From NCBI GenBank assembly GCA_965216315.1, contig CBDCFN010000015.1:192001-256000 (forward strand): a DNA stretch of 64,000 nucleotides, given 5' to 3'. The stretch comes from a bacterium. GTDB taxonomy: Bacteria; UBA10199; 2-02-FULL-50-16; JAJFLM01. The notes under the pieces were generated by a model, which made no database searches, was not told where the DNA came from, and saw only the letters and a program-made list of their open reading frames with translations. This document shows, piece after piece, positions 57,486 to 64,000 of the stretch (positions are counted from its first letter, which is position 1; each line of letters starts with the position of its first letter). The position numbers and the translations under genes are program-made.

Positions 57486-58904
57486 ATGAAAAAAATCATC
57501 ACTCTTTTATTAGCAGGGGTCCTCTGGCTATTGCCCACGGGTTCACAATCCGTGCACGCTGCCGCCAGCTTCGATTCCTTAAATTATAAACCCGCTTCTG
57601 ATCACGGTTTTTATCTCACTGTTCAAGGCTCACAAACACTGGGCAAGGGACAATTTCACGGCGGAATGAGCTTCGTCTTTGCAGATTCACCCCTGATCCT
57701 CTTAAACGCCGCCGGTACAAAAGTTCGCGACATCGTCGAAAATCAGATCTCCGCTCATGCCGCTGTCGCGGTCGGTGTCACGGATTGGTTGAATCTTGGC
57801 GCCGTGATTAGTTTTGTTCCCTATCAGAATTTCTTGTCCCCCGCGACCGGCGCCAGTGACGATGGACCGCGCATGGGAGACATTCGCCTGGATGCAAAGT
57901 TTCGCCTCCTCAATCGGGAAACGTATCCGGTCGGGATCGCTTTTGTTCCGTTTATCACCTTCCCCAGTGGCAGTAGCTCTCACTTTACTGGTGAAGGCAA
58001 CGTCACCGGTGGGGCCGAAATTGTCGTTGAGTCCAAGCGCTTTGCCGACCGTTTTTCCGTATCCGCTAACGTCGGTGCGGTGATTCGTGACGACACAAAT
58101 CTGAGTGCCGGTACCGATATTGGTGATCAACTGACCTATGCCGTCGGCGCCAACTTTGCCGCGCTACGCGAGCTAGAGTTCATCGCTGAACTGCGCGGTT
58201 GGACCCAATTCGATGATTTTTTCGGCTCGCAACATCGCCCACTGATGGCGCGAGGCGGTATCCGCTACTTTCCGATCCCGGAACTCGCTTTTACGGCGGG
58301 TGGCGGTGGCGCCGTCATCAAGGGCATGGGCGCTCCTAACTATGAAACTTTCCTTACTGTTGCCTACACCCCGGCTTACGACCATTATGAACCGACTCCT
58401 CCGGTTGCCTGTCCGGATAACGACAACGATGGCGTCTGTGACATGGACGATCGTTGTCCTGCCGAGGCGGGGCCGTCATCTAATTGCGGGTGTCCTCCCC
58501 AACCCGCCATGGAAGTCGATCATGAGGCCAAACAGATTCGCAGCCAAAAGATCCATTTCGCGCTCGATAAAGCGGTGATTCAGCTCAATTCACACTACAT
58601 TCTGGATACAATCGCCAAGACACTGAAAGTCCGCCCGGACATCACCCATATGCGCATTATTGGGCACACGGATAGTACCGGTTCCGACGCCTACAACCAA
58701 AAACTGTCAGAACGCCGCGCGAGTGCCGTTCGCGATTACCTCCAAGGCAAAGGGATCAAGGGCGATCGTCTCTCGCATTTCGGCAAGGGTGAATCGCAAC
58801 CGATTGCCTCCAACGGTACAACCGCGGGCCGAGCGAAAAACCGCCGCGTTCAATTTGATATCGACGTACTGCCGCGGACAGTTAAATCCGCCTGTGGACG
58901 CTAA
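57486..58904 (+). CDS. OmpA-family outer membrane protein (beta-barrel, TSP3-like repeat, OmpA_C)
   Basis: Signal peptide; MGDIRLDAKF; DNDNDGVCDMDDRCP; GHTDSTGSDAYNQKLSERRA. Confidence 0.9.
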   Translation: MKKIITLLLAGVLWLLPTGSQSVHAAASFDSLNYKPASDHGFYLTVQGSQTLGKGQFHGGMSFVFADSPLILLNAAGTKVRDIVENQISAHAAVAVGVTDWLNLGAVISFVPYQNFLSPATGASDDGPRMGDIRLDAKFRLLNRETYPVGIAFVPFITFPSGSSSHFTGEGNVTGGAEIVVESKRFADRFSVSANVGAVIRDDTNLSAGTDIGDQLTYAVGANFAALRELEFIAELRGWTQFDDFFGSQHRPLMARGGIRYFPIPELAFTAGGGGAVIKGMGAPNYETFLTVAYTPAYDHYEPTPPVACPDNDNDGVCDMDDRCPAEAGPSSNCGCPPQPAMEVDHEAKQIRSQKIHFALDKAVIQLNSHYILDTIAKTLKVRPDITHMRIIGHTDSTGSDAYNQKLSERRASAVRDYLQGKGIKGDRLSHFGKGESQPIASNGTTAGRAKNRRVQFDIDVLPRTVKSACGR

Positions 58905-58931
58905 GCACATTCTGAATTTCAAGATTTGCGA

Positions 58932-58963
58932 AAGCCCCTAGCCGATTGCGCTAGGGGCTTTTT
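58932..58963 (+). terminator. Intrinsic terminator
   Basis: AAAGCCCCTAGC-CGATTGC-GCTAGGGGCTTTTT. Confidence 0.85.
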
Positions 58964-59076
58964 AGCTTCTATTAAGTAGGCCTTCGGTTGACAGAAGGTC
59001 GGCTTTCCCTCAATATCGCAGCAATTTCAGGAGTTCATCAGGCCTCCATTACAATCATTATTTGAGGAAATACCTT

Positions 59077-60384
59077 ATGTCATCGCTAAAGAAATTTTTA
59101 CTCATCGGCGCCGTTGTTATCACGAGCTTTAGTGCCACCAAGGTCCATGCGGCTGCCAGCTTTAACGCGATCAGTTTCAAACCGACTCCGAGTCAGGGTC
59201 CTTACTTTACAATCGAAGGCTCCCAAACGCTTGGACAATGGGGCTATGCGATGGGGCTCTGGTTTGAACTCACCAATAATTCGGTCATTGCATCCACCCC
59301 AACTGGCGTGCTGATTCGCGATGTCGTCAATCATGAGTTCAATATTCATGCCGGGGGTGCCGTGGGTGTCACCGACTGGCTGGACCTCGGTCTCACCATT
59401 ACTTTCGTCCCTTATCAGAATTTTGACAACCCCACCTCGGGTGTCAGTGATAATGGCGCGCGCATGGGCGATATTCGCTTCGCGCCTAAATTCCGCATCC
59501 TCGACAGTGAGAAGTATCCGGTCGGCCTCGCCTTCGTTCCTTTTGTCACCTTCCCAACCGGAAATGACGCTCATTTTACCGGCGATGGCAAGGTCACCGG
59601 AGGAGGCTCACTGGTCGTTGAATCACCGCTGCTCTGGAACCGCGTCCGCATCGCCACGAACCTGGGAGGGGAATTCCGTCAGTCTGCCATGCTGGGGACG
59701 GGTAACAGCATCGACGACCGTTTTTTGTACGGGGTGGGCGCCAATGTCAGCATCATCAAGCCCGTCGAAATTATCGCGGAACTGAGCGGCTGGACTTTAT
59801 TCGATAATTTTTTCAGCAACAACGCCCGCAATCTGGAAATCAACGGCGGCGTGCGTTTCATTCCGATGAAAGGCCTGCAACTCGTTGCCGGCGGGGGAAC
59901 CGGCATACTCGATGGCATGGGCGCTCCGACGTATCGCCTCTTTACGAACATTTCATACCGGCATCCGGCGGAAGAGCGCATCGAGGTTCTGGCAACAAAC
60001 AAGGTTCACTTTGAATACGACAAGGCGCGTATTTTGCCTAAATCCTATCCGGTTCTCGATGAGATCGCACAGACAATTCAAAAACGTGCCGTCAGTCGGG
60101 TCACTGTCGAAGGCCACACGGATAGCCACGGTTCCGATGCTTACAATATGCGCCTTTCACAACGGCGTGCCGAATCCGTCAGACAGTATCTAATTAAAAA
60201 GGGTATTCCAGCGTCTAAACTTGATTCTGCTGGTCGCGGGGAATCAAGACCTGTCTCGACTAATGAGACTCGTGAAGGGCGTGCACTCAATCGCCGCGTT
60301 GAATTTCATTTACACTTGAGGTCATCATCAAAGACTCGCATTGTGGAAAAAGACAGCGCACCGACATTCTTGGAAGGCCATTGA
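59077..60384 (+). CDS. OmpA-family outer membrane protein (paralog of 57486)
   Basis: VHAAASF, GSQTLG, FVPYQNF, RMGDIR shared with neighbour; EGHTDSHGSDAYNMRLSQRRA. Confidence 0.9.
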   Translation: MSSLKKFLLIGAVVITSFSATKVHAAASFNAISFKPTPSQGPYFTIEGSQTLGQWGYAMGLWFELTNNSVIASTPTGVLIRDVVNHEFNIHAGGAVGVTDWLDLGLTITFVPYQNFDNPTSGVSDNGARMGDIRFAPKFRILDSEKYPVGLAFVPFVTFPTGNDAHFTGDGKVTGGGSLVVESPLLWNRVRIATNLGGEFRQSAMLGTGNSIDDRFLYGVGANVSIIKPVEIIAELSGWTLFDNFFSNNARNLEINGGVRFIPMKGLQLVAGGGTGILDGMGAPTYRLFTNISYRHPAEERIEVLATNKVHFEYDKARILPKSYPVLDEIAQTIQKRAVSRVTVEGHTDSHGSDAYNMRLSQRRAESVRQYLIKKGIPASKLDSAGRGESRPVSTNETREGRALNRRVEFHLHLRSSSKTRIVEKDSAPTFLEGH

Positions 60385-60512
60385 GGCGCTTTAAGCGAAC
60401 ATTTGTATTCGTAGATTCTGTGGGATACAATAGGCGCCATTAGGGTATCTGGCTCCTTCCCCCTGAGACAGAATCGACATAAAAGTACCGCATTCTTTTA
60501 AGGAGAAAAGTT

Positions 60513-62399
60513 ATGTATTTCCCACGTATTATGCAAAGAGCCTTATTGGTCATCACTGCACTCAGCTTCGTATCCGTCGGGATCCATTCAACGGCTCTTG
60601 GGGCCACCTTCAATGTCAATAGCACAACGGATGCCGTTGATAGCAGCCCGGGAGACGGCAGTTGCAATGACGGCAGTGGGAATTGCACGCTGCGCGCCGC
60701 CGTGATGGAGATCAATGCCTTGGGGGAAAACAGCAACACGATTAACTTGCAGGCCCAGATCTACCGATTGACGATCGATCCGAGCACGACCCCCTCAGAA
60801 GGATCTTTTTTCTCCAATGATGCCAAAGGAGACCTAGATATCGCCGTCAGTACCGACATCCTCGGGCAAGGCGCCGATCAAACTGCCATTGAGGCCGACT
60901 ATGATAATAACCAAGCGGCGCGCGTTATTCATGTTGTCAGCAATGATGCCACCAACACGGTTTCGCTCTTTAATCTGACAATTAGAAACGGCAACGAACC
61001 AGCTGCTGTGACCGGTGATGGCTGCGGAGGCGGCATTTTCGTTGAATTCAATCAGAATCTTAACCTCAATCGCGTCGCTGTCACTAATAACAGCGGAGAT
61101 GCCGGCGGGGGGATCTATCATTCGGGTGGACAAGGTGAGATCGCGATTAATGACAGCACGATCAGTGGCAATCATGCCTTCGGCTCAACCGTCTGCGGCC
61201 CTCCAGGAGGCGGGGGAATCTATACGCGGGCGTTTACCACCATTATCAACAGCACCATTAGTGGCAATACGACCAATAACTACGGTGGAGGCCTTTTCAA
61301 CGACGGCTCGGCGAGCTCCGTATTACGCAACGTGACCGTATCCAATAACACGGCCGACTTAGACGAGAACAATACCGGAAACGGCGGGGGTATCTATGAC
61401 CGATCACCAACGACGATCTTCCTCCGCAATACTATTGTTGCGGGCAATTTCGATAATTCAACCTCGATTCCCGTCGTTAATCTGACCCCGGGTCTGAGCG
61501 CTCAGGTTGCCGTGCCGACGATTCATCCCGATTGCTCGGAAAACGGCGGCAGTATCGTTTCCGAGGACTATAACTTGATCGGTGATGAGACCGGGTGCGC
61601 GAGTGCCGCGTCCTGGAATCTCTCAACAGATCTAGTCGGAACCAGTGCTAGTCCGATTCCCCCGCAATTGGATCCCTTGGCCGACAACGGCGGTCCGACC
61701 CGCACCCATGCGCTTCAGGATGACAGCCCGGCCCTCGATGGCGCCGACCCGAGCGGTTGTACCGCGGACTCTGATTTCACCGTCCCCTTAACAGCGGATC
61801 AACGCGGTGAGCCGCGCCCGGTCGATGGCGACGAGAACGGCTCCGCGATCTGCGACATCGGAGCCTTTGAGTTGCAACCGACAGCCTGTGGCGACGGAAC
61901 GGTCGATGCCGGCGAGGAATGCGATGACGGAAACACCGCGGACAACGACGGCTGCTCCGCCACCTGCGTCATTGAGGCCTGTGGTGACGGTGTCCTGCAA
62001 ACCGACGAAGAATGTGACGACAGCAATACTGTCAATGGAGATGGCTGCGACAGCACCTGTCAGAACGAGGCGGGATTCACGCCAACATGTGGTGATGGTA
62101 TTCTTCAAACCAACGAAGAGTGTGATGACGGCAACAAAACGAATGGAGACGGTTGCGATGCCAACTGCAATTTCGAATGCGGTAATGGCACGCGTGAAGG
62201 CAATGAACAATGCGATGATGGCAACGTCGTCGACGGCGACGGTTGCTCGGCCACGTGTACCACTGAAAACCTCCCGTTTGTGCTCATCGGCAAAGGCGGC
62301 TGTAGCCTGAACCCAGCCATGACCGGAAGCATCGGTGGAAGCCTTGTCTGGCTGCTGGTACCCTTTGCCGGCCTGGTCTGGAGACGTCGTCGAAGTTAA
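60513..62399 (+). CDS. CSLREA/choice-of-anchor-Q surface protein with Cys-rich repeats and full GGC-TM-RRRR tail
   Basis: VNSTTD..GDGSC..CTLRAAV; LADNGGPTRTHAL..SPALD..DQRG..CDIGAFE; tail KGGCSLNP..LVWLLVPFAGLVWRRRRS. Confidence 0.9.
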   Translation: MYFPRIMQRALLVITALSFVSVGIHSTALGATFNVNSTTDAVDSSPGDGSCNDGSGNCTLRAAVMEINALGENSNTINLQAQIYRLTIDPSTTPSEGSFFSNDAKGDLDIAVSTDILGQGADQTAIEADYDNNQAARVIHVVSNDATNTVSLFNLTIRNGNEPAAVTGDGCGGGIFVEFNQNLNLNRVAVTNNSGDAGGGIYHSGGQGEIAINDSTISGNHAFGSTVCGPPGGGGIYTRAFTTIINSTISGNTTNNYGGGLFNDGSASSVLRNVTVSNNTADLDENNTGNGGGIYDRSPTTIFLRNTIVAGNFDNSTSIPVVNLTPGLSAQVAVPTIHPDCSENGGSIVSEDYNLIGDETGCASAASWNLSTDLVGTSASPIPPQLDPLADNGGPTRTHALQDDSPALDGADPSGCTADSDFTVPLTADQRGEPRPVDGDENGSAICDIGAFELQPTACGDGTVDAGEECDDGNTADNDGCSATCVIEACGDGVLQTDEECDDSNTVNGDGCDSTCQNEAGFTPTCGDGILQTNEECDDGNKTNGDGCDANCNFECGNGTREGNEQCDDGNVVDGDGCSATCTTENLPFVLIGKGGCSLNPAMTGSIGGSLVWLLVPFAGLVWRRRRS

Positions 62400-63064
62400 C
62401 GACGACGTTTCTTGATAAAATCCCAGATCTTATGAGACAGCCGCTCCTTTGTCATCCGAGGGAGCGGCTGCTTTTTGCCTGCGGCATCGATGACAACGAC
62501 TTCATTTTTTGAGTCACCGAAGGCATTCCCCTGCCGAACTCGATTGGCCACAATCATATCAAGATTCTTGCGTCGCAATTTATCCGTTGCATTCTTGATA
62601 AGGGCATTCGTCTCCGCAGCAAAGCCCACGAGAAACTGCTGGGACTTTTTACGTTGGCCCAGCGTGGCCAGAATATCTTGCGTCGCTTCGAGCCGCAGCG
62701 TCATCCCACGTGACTGGGTCGAAACAGACTTTTTTAACTTTTGTTTCGCCGGTTGAACCGGACGGTAATCGGCTACCGCCGCGGTCATGATAATGACATC
62801 CGCTGACTTCGCCTTTTTTAGAGTCGCGCGCGCCATCTCGGCAGCGCTAACGACTTCAATCACCTCGACACGCTTTGGCTTGGCAAGCGCAACCGGGCCA
62901 CTTACGAGCGTCACCTTAGCACCGCGTTCCTGGGCAGCGCTCGCCAAGGCATAACCCATGCGCCCTGTAGAAGGATTGGAAAGGAAGCGAACGGGGTCGA
63001 GGTACTCGCGCGTGGGGCCGGCGGTTATAAGGACATTGAGGTTTTTGAGATCTCGTTTGGGCAC
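62396..63064 (-). CDS. coaB: Phosphopantothenate-cysteine ligase (stand-alone CoaB domain)
   Basis: LITAGPTREYLDPVRFLSNPSTGRMG, AAVADY, VGFAAET, MIVAN. Confidence 0.92.
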   Translation of the reverse strand: MPKRDLKNLNVLITAGPTREYLDPVRFLSNPSTGRMGYALASAAQERGAKVTLVSGPVALAKPKRVEVIEVVSAAEMARATLKKAKSADVIIMTAAVADYRPVQPAKQKLKKSVSTQSRGMTLRLEATQDILATLGQRKKSQQFLVGFAAETNALIKNATDKLRRKNLDMIVANRVRQGNAFGDSKNEVVVIDAAGKKQPLPRMTKERLSHKIWDFIKKRRR

Positions 63065-63189
63065 TTAAATCCCCCTTAGCCAGCCTTGCCGGCAGGCTGG
63101 TCCCCCTTTACAAAGGGGGAGATCACGGTTTCAATTTATGTCCCCATTCTTGTCCCTCCCTTTGTAAAGGGAGGTTAGGAGGGATTTAA
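63065..63189. repeat. Repeat family R1, full TTAA-bounded copy with nested palindrome
   Basis: TTAAATCCCCCTTAG[CCAGCCTTGCCGGCAGGCTGG]TCCCCCTTTACAAAGGGGGAG...CTCCCTTTGTAAAGGGAGGTTAGGAGGGATTTAA. Confidence 0.85.
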
Positions 63190-63206
63190 TCTACCTCAAA
63201 CTCCAT

Positions 63207-63788
63207 CTACACCCGATGTAAGGTTTTCGATCTCTTACTAAGCATCGCCTCCAGCGCCTCGACAATCCTCGCCGGATCCGGCAGCCGCCCCCTGCCCTCC
63301 CAACCACAGGCCAGATAGCCTGCCTCCGGATCGAGCAACTGATAACCTAATTCCTGCAGGCACTGAATATTCAACTGCGTCGCCGGATGTTCCCACATAT
63401 TGACATTCATCGAGGGACAAATAAGCACCGGTGCTTTCGTGGCCAACACCACCGTCGTCAAGATATCATCCGCCTGCCCATGCGCGAGCTTGGCCACCGT
63501 GTTGGCCGTTGCCGGAGCAATCACGACGGCATCGGCTCGGTCCGCGAGGGAAATATGCCCGATCTCCTGCTCCTGGGTCAGGTTAAAAAGTTCCGTATGG
63601 ACGGGGTTCCCTGATAAGGCCTGAAAGGTCATGGGCGTCACAAACTCCTGCCCACTCGCGGTCATCATCACATGGACATCGGCACGCGCTTCAATGAGCA
63701 AGCGGACGAACTCACAGGCCTTGTAGGCGGCAATCCCCCCACAAACCCCAACAAGTATCGTTTTATCTTTTAGCATATTGGCCATCAA
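63207..63788 (-). CDS. coaC: Phosphopantothenoylcysteine decarboxylase (stand-alone CoaC domain)
   Basis: GVCGGIAAYK, GHISLAD, APATANTVAK, PSMNVNM, LACGWEGRGRL. Confidence 0.93.
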   Translation of the reverse strand: MMANMLKDKTILVGVCGGIAAYKACEFVRLLIEARADVHVMMTASGQEFVTPMTFQALSGNPVHTELFNLTQEQEIGHISLADRADAVVIAPATANTVAKLAHGQADDILTTVVLATKAPVLICPSMNVNMWEHPATQLNIQCLQELGYQLLDPEAGYLACGWEGRGRLPDPARIVEALEAMLSKRSKTLHRV

Positions 63789-63917
63789 TCGACCTTTCGC
63801 CCCCGCCAGGGAACACTAAACCGTAACACATTGATCCGCAAACCGAAAATCGATTTTGACTCTACGGACGGGATTATATAGGGTGCAGCCTCCACTGGGA
63901 GAAGGAGAGCAAAAATA

Positions 63918-64000
63918 ATGGCTGGAACAAAAAAAACCCTATTGGCTTCATTGTTAATCTTTTCAATATGGCTGCCACAGCGCGCGGTCCATGCCGCGGC
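63918..64000 (+). CDS. Partial CDS, probably a third OmpA-family paralog
   Basis: AAGGAG SD; MAGTKKTLLASLLIFSIWLPQRAVHAA resembles the VHAAASF signal ends at 57486 and 59077. Confidence 0.55.
   Translation, partial: MAGTKKTLLASLLIFSIWLPQRAVHAA

Noticed and set aside
1..64000. tRNA, rRNA, CRISPR, prophage, transposase, replication origin
   Set aside because: None recognised by eye. The fibre-like gene has a signal peptide and no phage neighbours, and the DnaA boxes are isolated rather than clustered.

Overview
Chromosomal window from a bacterium of roughly balanced GC content. Gene content (MYXO-CTERM-like tails, Myxococcus-type Cys-rich repeats, spoIID-queA...tgt-yajC-secDF-recJ, many sigma54 promoters) suggests a deltaproteobacteria-like lineage; this is inference. 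The right half is largely housekeeping (queA/C/E, tgt, yajC, secD/F, recJ, ispH, dgt, udg, split coaC/coaB) interleaved with surface proteins. The left half is accessory. Main highlights: (1) a sigma54-promoted radical SAM/SPASM gene followed by an unannotated 22-aa Cys-containing ORF (5074-5142) and a terminator, between a TonB-dependent receptor and a peptide-binding lipoprotein, i.e. a candidate new RiPP system. (2) Tiny hairpin elements sitting between duplicated gene 3' ends (dgt, udg); in dgt all 7 differences between the copies are synonymous. (3) A three-copy, covarying two-hairpin repeat. (4) Four secreted proteins ending in a short G-C-x-L-x-x tail with no TM helix, alongside two with the full GGC-TM-Arg tail. 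(5) A sigma54 regulon with paired enhancer sites 21 nt apart. (6) A TTAA-bounded MITE-like repeat that separates coaC/coaB and appears to be read into signal peptides. No tRNA, rRNA, CRISPR array or transposase was recognised.
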